Origin: Azolla caroliniana
Taxonomy: Eukaryota > Plantae > Polypodiophyta
Reading direction: 5' to 3'
Assembly (NCBI GenBank): GCA_043228905.1
Contig: JBHGNT010000002.1
Coordinates: forward strand, 3,348,001-3,412,000
DNA: 64,000 nt
Shown in pieces: positions 46,666-59,300 of the stretch; the first letter of the stretch is position 1; every line of letters starts with the position of its first letter. The notes beneath the pieces were generated by a model that saw nothing but the letters and a program-made list of their open reading frames with translations, was not told the origin of the DNA and made no database searches. Made by a program: the position numbers and the translations under genes.

Positions 46666-47414
46666 CAAGTTTTTGATTCTGTACACAAGTTGTAGGTACC
46701 CCGTTGAATTGTCATTCCTACTTGACTTACACTAGATGCATTCAATGTTGCATCTAACTTCACTTTCATGTACCTTACCAAGGGATGTGCACTAATAATG
46801 TGAGCTTTAGCTTCCACCATATAATATGGGGGAAATATTATAATTAAATATGTAAAAAAAACAAGAGAAACAATATTAAAAAAATCCACAAAACTTGTGT
46901 TTTATCTATACCATAGCTATCTAGATGAAAGAATGAACCAATGGATCCATGTACAAATGAGCCGTCTTCTAACTTTAAGATACACTTTGAAAGTAGACGT
47001 TGTGTGCACATGACATATTAACATAGAAATGTAACATTGACCCAGTCGTTCAACATGTATTGAATATCTTGAGCATGCCAAAATAGGGTTACAATTAGAA
47101 CCAAACTATTTCCTTGAGGCATCAATAAAACATGTGTGAGGGCAAGTTGGAAGCTTAGAATGCACCCCCAATCAACCCATACACTCACATGTGTTGATAT
47201 GTATATGCATTATGATCTCTAAAAAGCCTAGGTAACCACATAATAAAAAAATGAATTTGGAAACACTTACCCAAACAAATAATCATTTATAACCCATGTT
47301 CCAAGAAAAATCAGCCCTAAGATAGAAGTTTCATAGGATACTCTCTATAACTTAACTATATGCAACATGTCCATAAAAGAAAACCATGAATGAGAGTGAA
47401 ATAGAGCAATAAGC

Positions 47415-47925
47415 AAACCAGAGAGGCTCACTTGATTCAATCATAAAAATTGTCCATACCCAAATACAAAACATCAAAATACATTCACAAAATTCATACA
47501 TTTATCACAAAGAAGCACACTCATGAAATTTTAATCACAATAGCCACAACTTCGTATACTTCTTCGCTTTTCTTCCAAAAACCAGAGAGGCTCACTTGAT
47601 ACGATCATAAAGTTTGTCCATACCCAAATACAAAACATCAAAATACATTCACAAAATTCATACATATATCACAAAGAAGCAACACTCATGAAATTTTAAA
47701 TTTTAAGCACAATAGCCACAACTTCATATACATACTTCTTTGCTTTTCTTCCAAAAACTAGAGAAGCGCACTTGATACGATCATAAAATTTGTCCATACC
47801 CAAATACAAAACATCAAAATACATTCACAAAATTCATACATATATCACAAGAGAAGCAACACTCATGAGATTTTAAATTTTAAGCTCAATAGCCACAACT
47901 TCATATACTGCTTCATTTTCTTCTA
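47415..47925. repeat. Tandem repeat, ~165-176 bp x3
   Basis: Units start at ~47415, 47579 and 47755 and share TTGTCCATACCCAAATACAAAACATCAAAATACATTCACAAAATTC. Confidence 0.92.
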
Positions 47926-48049
47926 ATTGTACAAAACTTCATCTAAGCAAGAAGCAAGATTCCTACTTTACGACATAGAACTATTCTCTCGTAGGTGGTA
48001 TGATTTCCTAGTTAAAAAGCATGTAGGCAAGGTGCTTTGTCAAATAAGT

Positions 48050-49877
48050 GAAAATCTCTTAGGGGGATACCTATACATTGTATTATGCCAACCTTAGCAA
48101 CAACATGTATTATAGTTCCATTGAGGCCCTTGAGTTGACTCAGAAAATAGGGGTAACTTTTTCCATAAGTGAAGGAGGTTCTTCTTTCTCTTATTCACAG
48201 TCTCTGGTGAACCCTGCATGTTGTCATACTGGCCGCGGATTACTGCCACCGAGTTCTCCCATATCTCACACAAGACATCTGAGAGACACTGATATGGTGC
48301 ATCATAACGTCAATTGCATCGACATTTCCATAATGCCCATAACGTTATTGTAGTCACTACTTTCCATATCTGGGCAGATCGCACCTGCTTTCGAGGTTGT
48401 TGAAAGGGGCTAACCAATATCAATCTTCTATTATGTACCGTCATTGCCTCTTGAACATTGTTTGCCTCATACAACATCAAACTGGAATGTAACACTCCCC
48501 ACATTGCTGATCCCCTTGAAAATAGGCAACCAACATTGATTGTTAAAAATAACGAAAGAACTTTATTCCATACTTGTTGAGGCAAGGAACATGACCAAAG
48601 GGCAGTCTCCTATGCTTCATGGCAAAAGTCACATTATCGAAGATTGGGTGTTACATTTCCTTTCAATGAGTGACCAATTGGTAAGGCCATATGCACTAAT
48701 AGCCATCTGAAGAGAATAAATTTAGTTGGCCCCTTGAATGACCAAATCCATTTCCAGTAGGTTTTCAAATACAAAGTTGAGACCCCCCAAGTGGTCCAAT
48801 GTTTCTGAGTTGCTTGTATCCTTGCATTCGAGAAAGCAATAGTGCTCTTCCAAGTTTTACTGAGTATTGAAAGAAAGGAACCTTTATGATCTGTTCCCCC
48901 AAGGAATGTGACCAAAACCAGCCCCCCAAATCCCATGTTAATCTTGCAACCGAATCTTTTGCATATAACCACAACATATCACAAGTGGTCCAATGTTTCT
49001 AAGTTGCTTGTATCCTTGCATTCGAGAAAGCAATAATGCTCTTCCAAGTTTTACTAAGTATTGAAAGAAAGGAACCTTTATGATATGTTCCCCCAAGGAA
49101 TGTAACCAAAACCAGCCCCCCGGATCCCATGTTAATCTTGCAACCAGATCTTTTACATATAACCACAACATATCACACGTATGAGCAATTGACGGATGAG
49201 GATCCAACATCCATTTCTTTCCAAATTTAGCAACCACTCTGACTGGTGCACTTCGCAAGTGTTGTAGATAACTGCACTCTAAGGTGTAAGGTTGTAATGC
49301 ATGATTGTCTAGGACCTGAAAGTAAGAAGTGTACTCGTTAGATGAAACTACCTTGACAGCCACCAATGTGTCATTTATGAAGCATCCAAACCACATATGT
49401 TCCTTCCTAGGTTGAAAGGTTGTAGAAAACGAAGAATATGTTGCTGATATACTAGCACTCATTATCTTGGCACCATGAATTGATTGTAACTATGCAAGAC
49501 GATCTTCTTGTGACATTTGTTCAAATTAATTCCACGTTCTTACAAATGCAGCATGCCCATTATCCAATTTTCCCCAGGCAAGGTGAGTTCTTAGGCCCAA
49601 CACTTTTCCTGCATTATCCCGAAATAAAGAATTGGCAAGAAGAGGTTGATTAAGTAGTGCATCCCACGTATAAGGCTTGTCCTTAAGCAAGAATGACTTA
49701 ATCACATCCCATGCCCTTATCATTCCTAGCAAAAATCTATCGGATGCAAGATCCCGCCTTGGTGTTTGTACATCATTTAGGAATAACCATTTTAAAGAGG
49801 GTGATGCACGACATAATGCAACAAATTGTTTTTACCTTTTACAAAGTTCTAGCTTTGGTCTTAGGATTATCATATAT
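48050..49877 (-). pseudogene. Degenerate LINE ORF2 (zf-RVT/C-terminal region) with a 194-bp internal tandem duplication
   Basis: YWKWIWSFKGPTKFILFRWLLVHMALP and TITLWALWKCRCN. Duplicated units start at 48788 and 48982. Confidence 0.7.
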
Positions 49878-50027
49878 CATTGTGTCATGATATGGCAAGA
49901 CTCGAACCCCTAACCTTAGATTATATGGGTCGAGCTCTTGACTATTATATCATCTATTGTAATACATAGGATATTATTTTCATTTACATTTTATTATAGG
50001 AAATTAATGTATATTCCAGATTTCTAT

Positions 50028-50073
50028 GGAACATTCTAGAAGCTTCAGGATTACTCCTAAGAACACTATAAAA
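50028..50073 (+). promoter_or_regulatory. Heat-shock element (four nGAAn units) and TATA box in the LTR U3
   Basis: GAA-CA-TTC-TA-GAA-GC-TTC at 50029-50046 and TATAAAA at 50067. Confidence 0.75.
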
Positions 50074-50400
50074 GAGGGCACTAGGCATTATGTTGAACCA
50101 AATTGGTTCAACGCTAGTCTTTAGCCTCATAGCCCTTTTGTACTTACTCTTCTTATAATATATAATCTGTAATCATCATCTCTCTCTCTCTCTCGTCCTC
50201 ACTATCTCTCTCTCTCTCCTCTTCTCTCTTCCTCTCTCGGAAGTCTTACGTAGTCCCGTCCTCTTAGTTCTAATAGTACTTCCCTTCTTTAGTACTAATT
50301 CTCTCTCTATTTAGTACTATTCCTAATAGTTTGAACCAAATTTTCCCTTCTGTCTCTCTCCCTTCATACTAATCTCTTATTCCTCTTTTCTTTTCATCCC

Positions 50401-51545
50401 ATGGCCACAGTTAGCGCTCAGGAATATCAATCTGTTTTCTCAAAGTTTCAATGCTTGAAAGAGAAGTTCCTTGCTTTGGAACAAGAAAATCAACGGTTGA
50501 TGGGGGATCTTCAACAAATCTCCTTACAAAAGCAACAAACGCAACAACAATATGGGGAACTTGCATTACGCATGCAACAACTCGAAGCAACCATCGTAGC
50601 GATGCAACAACAAGGCCCCGGAACACAAGGGATTCATAAGGAACCCAAGATTGGCCTTCCCACGAAGTTCAATGGAACACGATTGCAGTTTAGAGGGTTC
50701 CTTAATTATGTATGATTAGTTATTCAAATGCATCCTTCCCGATATCCTACTAATGCATCACGAGTGGGTTTAGTAGGGACGTTGTTAAGTGGCTCAGCAT
50801 TGGCATGGTTCGCTCCACTGTTGGAAAAGGAGTCTCCATTACTCAACAACTATGAAGAGTTTATAGGTGAGTTTAAAGCATGCTTTGGGGATACTGATAG
50901 CATAAGGACCGCAATCAACAAAATCCGGCGATTACGCCAAGGAGACCGTCCAGCCTTCACATACGCTACAGATTTCCGCCTACTCGCCGCTGACATCCCT
51001 TGGGATGATCAAGCGTTGATGGAGCAATTTTGTTATGGTTTACGCAAAGATGTCGAGGATTTACTCTTAACTTTCCCTGAAGAGCCAAAGTCCTTAACAT
51101 AAGCAATCAGTCGCGCAGTGAGATGTGATAACCGCCTCTTTGAGCAACGTTCGGAACGACAGTTACAGATGCCGAGGGCAAGATCAGAGCCCACCTACGC
51201 CTCAATGGTAGCAAAACCTTTACCCAGGGAGTACTATAATGCGCCTCCAGTGAATACTCTGACTCCGATGGAGATTGACACTACACGTCGTCAAGGACCA
51301 TTATCCGAAGAAGAAAAGCAGCGACGCCGAACAAATCGACTATGTCTCTACTGCGGTGGACCAAGACACATTGCAATAAATTGTCCCCAAGAAGACAGGT
51401 AAACCAAATAGTTGCTAGTTCTAATTGTACTAAACCCGAGCCTATTACAGTAGGGATATCTGATAGTACTAATAGTACTAATAACCTAGATCTAGCGAAC
51501 AAATTTGATGTCCTTAGTCAGTTAGAAGAAGAGTTAAACGACTAA
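50401..51545 (+). pseudogene. gag: gag with premature stops
   Basis: EPKIGLPTKFNG, PMEID and [14 protein letters not shown]. Confidence 0.92.
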
Positions 51546-54500
51546 GTCCAACCAAAATAGGAGTCGTTTGGTTGGACAGCCCTAGATCTGTGTAGCCCAT
51601 TAGTGGTTCCATTCCCTCTAAGCAAGTTAGCAATGTGTTCATAGCCCAAGTAACAGTTAGTACTAAAAGTACCCCTCCAGTACACGTCTTAACACTTCTA
51701 GACTCTGGAGCTAATTCTTGCTTTATGGATAGGAATTTTGCCCAAGCTCATCAGATAGCTCTTAGAAAACTCCCGTGTCCAGCCTCTGTAGTCGTCATTG
51801 ATGGTCGTCCCATTGCTTCCGGAAATATCATAGAAGAGTCAGAACCCGTTAATATTGTCCTAGATAACTTAGCATGTATAGTATCATTTAACATTATTAG
51901 TATCCCAGAAAATCCCATCGTTTTGGGATTACCATGGTTCGAGTTACATAACCCAGACATAGATTGGAGAACAAGAGAAATCCAGTGTCGACAAACCCGA
52001 GGATCTACTCAAAAGATTGCCACCATTTCACTACATCAGTTGCGAGAAGAAGGACGCAAGGAAGAAATGTTTCTCTTCGCAATATCACTAAAACCCTCCG
52101 ACACCATTAAAGAGGAGTCCATCGTTCAGCTTCCAAAGAAGTATCATCATTATGCCGATATATTCGATAAAGTACGAGCCAATACGCTTCCTCACCATCG
52201 ACCATATGATTGCCCCATCGATTTACAACCAGGGAAAGAGCCACCATGGGGACCGATCTACAATTTGTCACCAACCGAGCTAGAAGTCCTTCGAGCCTAT
52301 ATAGAGGAGAATTTGGAGAATGGATTCATTCGACATTCGAAATCTCCATCCGGCGCACCCATTTTCTTCGTCAAGAAAAAGGATGGCTCACTTCGTCTGG
52401 TGGTAGATTATTGTGGCTTGAATAAAGTTACAATCCGCAATAGGTATGCACTTCCCCTTATCTCAAGTCTTTTAGAACGAATCAATGGTGCCAGGTTCTT
52501 CACAAAGATCGACTTACGGGGGGGGCCTATAACCTCGTACGGATCCGACCAAGAGATGAATGGAAGACCGCGTTCCGCACTAGATATGGGCACTTCGAGT
52601 ATACGGTCATGCCGTTCGGCCTCACTAATGCGCCAACAGTCTTCCAGCACATGGCAAATGATATATTCCGAGATCTCTTGGATGTGTGTCTGATCATCTA
52701 CTTGGATGATCTACTGGTTTATTCAAAGACCGAAGAAGCGCATGATTCTCATGTACTGTTAGTACTCAAACGACTTCGAGAACATGGTCTTTACGCAAAG
52801 CTAGAAAAATGTAGTTTCGGGTGCAACCAGGTGGAATTTCTCGGCTACGTCATTTCATCAGAAGGCATCTCCATGGACCCAGCTAAGGTCAAGACGGTAG
52901 TAGAATGGTTTTTAGGCTTTGCCAATTTTTACCGGAAGTTTAAACAAGATTACTCAAAGCTCGTTCTACCTCTCACACAGCTTACCAGGAAGGGACAATC
53001 GTTCGTTTGGTCTGAAGAAGCAGATATGGCTTTCGAGAGTCTTAAAAAGGCATTTACATCGGCTCCAATTCTAGCTCATGTCGATCCGGAACAACCATTC
53101 ATTATCGAAGCTAACGCATCGGATTTCGCATTGGGGAGCATTCTATCACAACGGGGTCATGATGAGAAGCTACATCCTGTGGCTTTTCACTCACGCAAGT
53201 TTGACGCCACCGAAATCAATTACGAAATTCATGATAAGGAGTTATTGGCAATAGTGGACTCGTTTATGCAATGGGGGCATTTTTTAGAGGGATCCTCTCA
53301 TCAAGTCACCGTATTCAGTGACCATAAAAACCTTGCCTACTTTCAAGATGCTCGTGTGTTAAATCGACGGTGCGGGATGTGCAATGGTTTTTAGGCTTTG
53401 CCAATTTTTACCGGAAGTTTAAACAAGATTACTCAAAGCTCGTTCTACCTCTCACACAGCTTACCAGGAAGGGACAATCGTTCGTTTGGTCTGAAGAAGC
53501 AGATATGGCTTTCGAGAGTCTTAAAAAGGCATTTACATCGGCTCCAATTCTAGCTCATGTCGATCCGGAACAACCATTCATTATCGAAGCTAACGCATCG
53601 GATTTCGCATTGGGGAGCATTCTATCACAACGGGGTCATGATGAGAAGCTACATCCTGTGGCTTTTCACTCACGCAAGTTTGACGCCACCGAAATCAATT
53701 ACGAAATTCATGATAAGGAGTTATTGGCAATAGTGGACTCGTTTATGCAATGGGGGCATTTTTTAGAGGGATCCTCTCATCAAGTCACCGTATTCAGTGA
53801 CCATAAAAACCTTGCCTACTTTCAAGATGCTCGTGTGTTAAATCGACGGTGCGGGATGTGCAATGGTTTTTAGGCTTTGCCAATTTTTACCGGAAGTTTA
53901 AACAAGATTACTCAAAGCTCGTTCTACCTCTCACACAGCTTACCAGGAAGGGACAATCGTTCGTTTGGTCTGAAGAAGCAGATATGGCTTTCGAGAGTCT
54001 TAAAAAGGCATTTACATCGGCTCCAATTCTAGCTCATGTCGATCCGGAACAACCATTCATTATCGAAGCTAACGCATCGGATTTCGCATTGGGGAGCATT
54101 CTATCACAACGGGGTCATGATGAGAAGCTACATCCTGTGGCTTTTCACTCACGCAAGTTTGACGCCACCGAAATCAATTACGAAATTCATGATAAGGAGT
54201 TATTGGCAATAGTGGACTCGTTTATGCAATGGGGGCATTTTTTAGAGGGATCCTCTCATCAAGTCACCGTATTCAGTGACCATAAAAACCTTGCCTACTT
54301 TCAAGATGCTCGTGTGTTAAATCGACGTCAAGCTCGGTGGGCCCACTTCCTCACGCGTTTCGACTTCAAAATTACATATCGTCCGGGGAAGCACCAAGGG
54401 AAGGCAGATGCATTATCACGACGTTCGTATCTAACACCGCGTCCCGGCAAGCCGGCTTTCGATAACCAAAAGCAAGTAATCTTGGGACCGGCACGACTGC

Positions 54501-56057
54501 AAGCAACACAGGTTTTTGGCATGCCCATGGATTCCCATGTTATCAATATCATACGTGCGGACCTGAAGACAAACGCTTTCGCCCAAGCTATACTAGCACA
54601 AATTGATCCCTCTCGAGCGTCGTGTTCACAGTCACAACCACCAGGTACGGACTATCAGCAATTCAAATACCATGATGGATTACTCTTCTTTAAAGAACTT
54701 TTGTATGTTCCTAATGGTTCTTGCCGCCTTCGAGTAGTACAAAGTTGTCATGACACATATACAATTGGGCATTTTGGTAGTACTAAAACATTAGATTTAG
54801 TACAACGATCATTCTGGTGGCCCCGTATGCGACAATTTGTCGAAGATTTTGTTCAGACTTGTGATACATGCTGCAGAGCGAAAATGCCAAGGCATCATCC
54901 ATATGGTTTATTAGAACCATTACCAATTCCAAGCAAGCCGTGGCAATCCACTGCTCTCGACTTCATCACAGATCTTCCAGACTCTAAGGGGTTCAATGCG
55001 ATTCTAACAGTGGTAGATCGATATACAAAAATGGCTCATTTCTTGCCATGTACTAAGGAAATCTCCAGTGAAGACACCGCTGAAATTGTCATGCGTGAAG
55101 TATGTCGACATCATGGACTTCCCAATAGTATCGTCAGCGATCGTGGACCCTAGTTCGTGTCAAAATTCTGGAAGCACCTTATTTAAAATGCTCAAGGTCA
55201 CTTGTAACCTCTCCTCCGGCTACCACCCACAAACCGACGGCCAAGCTGAACGAACAAATCAAACGTTGGAGCAGTATCTGCGGAGCTTTCTCAGCTATCA
55301 TCAGGATAACTGGGCAGATATTCTCCACTTCGCCGAATTTGCCTATAATAACTCTATCCACGCATCAACTAAAGTTATGCCATTTTATGCTTATACGGGA
55401 TGTCACCCTCGGTGGAGTGTACTTGAAACCCCAAAGGTGTCCATAAATCCTTGCGCGGAGGATCGTTTGGAGCAGTTACGCAAGATACAAGCAGAGTTAT
55501 CTACTCATCTCCAGCAAGCTCAACAAACACACAAGGTCTACGCGGATCGTCATCGACTTCCATCTAGTTTTAACATTGGAGATCGGGTGTGGCTGCTACG
55601 ACGACACATCAAGACTACTCACCCATGTGAGAAGTTGGATTATCGGCGATTAGGTCCTTTCCGTATTATCGGAAAGATTAATGATGTCGCTTTTCGTCTC
55701 AATCGACCTCCTCAACTTCGGATACATCCAGTGTTTCATAGTTCTCTCCTTGAACCCTATCACGAGAGCACCATCCCAGGACGTATTATACAACCTCCAC
55801 CCCCGATCGAGCTTGAAGATGGACCAGAGTACGAGGTTGCCGCCATCCTTGATTCCAAGATTGTTGGCAACAAGCTCTACTATCTAGTTGATTGGCTAGG
55901 CTATAGTCCCAACGAACGTACTTGGGAACCGATCGAGAATGTGACCAATGCTCGTGCGCTTCTTGAAGACTTCCATCGTCAATATCCACACAAACCAGGT
56001 CCTCCATCCAAAAGGACTCATGACACTTGTCGTTTTAAAGGGGGGATAGTGTCATGA
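51533..56057 (+). pseudogene. pol: pol with frameshifts and a triplicated RNase H segment
   Basis: LLDSGA, YLDD, RNase H three times, integrase SDRGP and chromodomain. Confidence 0.93.
52903..54327 (+). repeat. 479-bp tandem triplication inside pol
   Basis: Units at ~52903 (5'-shortened), 53370 and 53849 give identical translations. Confidence 0.96.
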
Positions 56058-56330
56058 TATCAAGACTCGAACCCATGACCTTAGGTTATATGGGTCGAGC
56101 TCTTGACCATTATATCATCTATTGTAATACGTCATTTACATTTTATTATAGGAAATTAATGTATATCCCAGATTTCTCTGGAACATTCTAGAAGCTTCAG
56201 GATTACTCCTGAGAACACTATAAAAGAGGGCACTAGGCATTATGTTGAACCAAACTGGTTCAACGCCAGTCTTTAGCCTCATAGCCCTTTTGTACTTACT
56301 CTTCTTATAATATATAATATGTTATCATCG

Positions 56331-56361
<31 letters not shown>

Positions 56362-59300
56362 CTCGCTATCTCTCTCTCTCTCCTCTTCTCTCTTCCTCTC
56401 TCGGGAGTCTTACGTAGTCCCGTCCTCTTAGTTCTAATAGTACTTCCCTTCTCTAGTACTAATTCTCTCTCTGTTTAGTACTAATCCTCTCTCTGTTTAG
56501 TACTATTCCTCTCTCTGTTTAGTACTATTCCTCTCTCTGTTTAGTACTATTCCTGACACATTGTGCATGAAAATTGTAAGCCTTTGGGCACATAAGCTTA
56601 AGTTGTAGCATTCACATGTTTTTCTTAATACTAAAGAGGAAAATCTTTAAAGGAAAAAACAACATATATTATAATTTATTAGCATGAATAAGTCATATTA
56701 AGACGATTGAATGGTTCATTGAATAAACACATATGCTTGATAGATGATTGTTGATATGAATATATAATAATCCCTACGACTTTGCCATCAATAGCTTTTA
56801 CCTAATATTTGAGATATATTGTTCCATAACTATTTGGATAATTTTATGTTGAATACGTGTATATCTCAAAAATTATGTTGATGTGCATTTTAGCATTGTT
56901 TTCCATTTTAGTCTATTGATGGCATGACAACTTTTAATGTGAATGACCAAATCGTATAAGAATTTTTTATCAATGTTTGCTTTTAGCTTGGGATTTGAAT
57001 TAAATGAATGGACATGATTTTGTCATTGATGGGAAAGAAGAAGAAGAAGAAGAAGAATAAGCGATTTCATAAAGCTAAAAATGTTGCATTAGGTTATCTC
57101 CAAGATGACATTGCCTTTCATAAGGTGCTCTTTTTAATATCACTTTACCCATTACAAACTTCTTCTTGTGCAATGGCTTGACTATAATTATGAATGAATT
57201 TTTAGTTTAATTTGGTTGGTTCAATACTTCATTTTATGTGATATGGAGCAAGTTACTTTTCTTTATTTTCATGTTATTCTAAGTCAAGAAGTGGGAATTA
57301 GTTAAGAAAATGTAACTTTTTTGAAGAGGGCAATGTTGCCCGTGACACCAAAACAATAGATATATTTGTGCGTTCACTTGATTGAGAAATGAAATTCATG
57401 AGACTCAAAATCAAGTAGAGAAAAAGCAAGGGGTAACAAATTTGCTTTAAACCAAGTAGCTACAATCCAAAGGAATGTTTCAGAAAGTTAACATGCAAAA
57501 CATTGATTTGCTTGTTTCAACAATATTGAGACTGAAAATTTCGTTTCCATCGAAGAAGGATCATTACCGCCAACTATTATAAGAATACAAAATAGAATTA
57601 ATTAGGTCCTTTTAAACTGTCATGAGGCAGTTGAATGAATCATATTCAACTTCTACTTAAATAACTTGGATGGTTGAAATGGACCTAACTTGACCACAAT
57701 TTCTAGTTGTTAAAAAAATAAATAGTCTTATGTAGGCAACGAGACACATCAGGATCAATTCAAATGGACAAATATTAGAGAAGCAACTTGCACAAAGCTA
57801 AAAATGTTGCACAATATGGCATTACCTTTTATAAGTTACCTCTTTTTTAATATCGCGTCATCCATTGCAAGTCTCTCGTGCACAATCACTCCATTTTTTA
57901 TTCGATTTTGCTAGCTTGATACTACATTTGTAGATTCATTTTGTTGATTTATTGTTATTAGAGTAATGCTTGATCAAGAACCGGGAATTATTTAAGTGTT
58001 TGGTTACACTTTATACATAATTTACCCCTCCAGGGTTTTTTTTTCCAATCCTTCTCATACTTTTGTTGACGAGCTGTAAAGCTTATTTATTCTTCATTGA
58101 TTATCATGGAATGGAGTTCTGCTTTAGAAATTCGAGTAATGATTTGACTTTCATTATGGTTACGCTTTCTAGCTAGCAAGACATGCAATAATGAATATAA
58201 TATACTCCAACATTACATCATTGTCTAGGGAAGTATCTAACTAGATTTTCTTTATGGAGACCTATTCATCTTTGGACAAACGGTTAATGTAAAGAAAAGA
58301 CTTACCCTCACCAAGTGACCATCTTCCTATTCTTGAATAAAGGCCCCTTTGTATGCCAGCATAACCAACCATATCTTGAGATCCTAAAAGTACCTTTGGA
58401 TAATTTTACTCATAATTTTTTTTACCTCACTTTTCACCCAACTTTCATAAGGCAAATTGATACTAATGTGTTGGTAGCTTCTGCTATTGCTTTCGGTCGT
58501 GGTCCTAATCAAGGTCAATCAAATACCTATCATATTATGCTCACAAGCCAGCTGCTCGTGCAAGAATCATCCATGGCCCATGCTAGCTTGTCAATCGATG
58601 CTTCTCTTGTAGTTCTCCGTTGTCCTCTTTTCTTTCTTCATGGGATGAGGGCCTACAAAAAAACAAAACATTAGGTAATGAGTTGAATCTTGATCAACTA
58701 TATATTTTGCCACCTATTGAAAATGGCCTTTCAAGCTCATAGATTCGTCATCTCTTGAGGATGGCCCACCAACCATATGAAATAAATAGAATTCCAATGA
58801 TGTGTGCAATGTGTACCTTTTGCCACCTAACAATAGAAAAAGACAAGCAAGACCAAACAGATGATAAGGCAAGGTGTAACATCTTTCAAGAGCATTTTTT
58901 TGAGTGTACTATTCCTAATGTCTTGCATCCATTGAACATCTTATCCGAAAGAAACGAAGTAACATGTATACTATGGCACCATAATGACTTGAAGTAGTAT
59001 TTGAAGATAAGAAACCTAAGCGATCAATGTAGTAAACATCACAACCCAAGTGTCAAATATGTTCACATAGTTAAAACCTCGTTTTTGTTGAGCTACCTTA
59101 CCAATAAAACAATTATAGAAGTAAACAACTTGTTGCATGTTCGAGAAACAAAAAACACTAAGAAAAGGAAAGACACTAAGAAGCTCATTGCTTGAAGGGA
59201 AGACAATTGTAGTGCATAACTCAATGACATAAATCATAATATAGAGAGAAACTAAAAAGAGGCCAAAAGAGACTTCGCAAGAGATATTTGTTGCAAACGG

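Larger units (their letters stand above)
49883..56558 (+). mobile_element. Ty3/Gypsy chromovirus (Tcn1/Tf1-like), family B
   Basis: LTRs 49883-50328 and 56050-56558. TSD CATTG. PPT AAAGGGGGGATAG before 56050. Chromodomain present. Confidence 0.97.

Noticed and set aside
57070-57890. Short dispersed duplicate (AAAGCTAAAAATGTTGCA at ~57071 and ~57794)
   Set aside because: It is degenerate, with no termini or TSD, so no element can be defined.
58300-58655. Exon-like segment on the minus strand (branch point/acceptor ~58633, donors ~58425 and ~58305)
   Set aside because: All three frames contain stops soon after the acceptor, and no product can be assigned.
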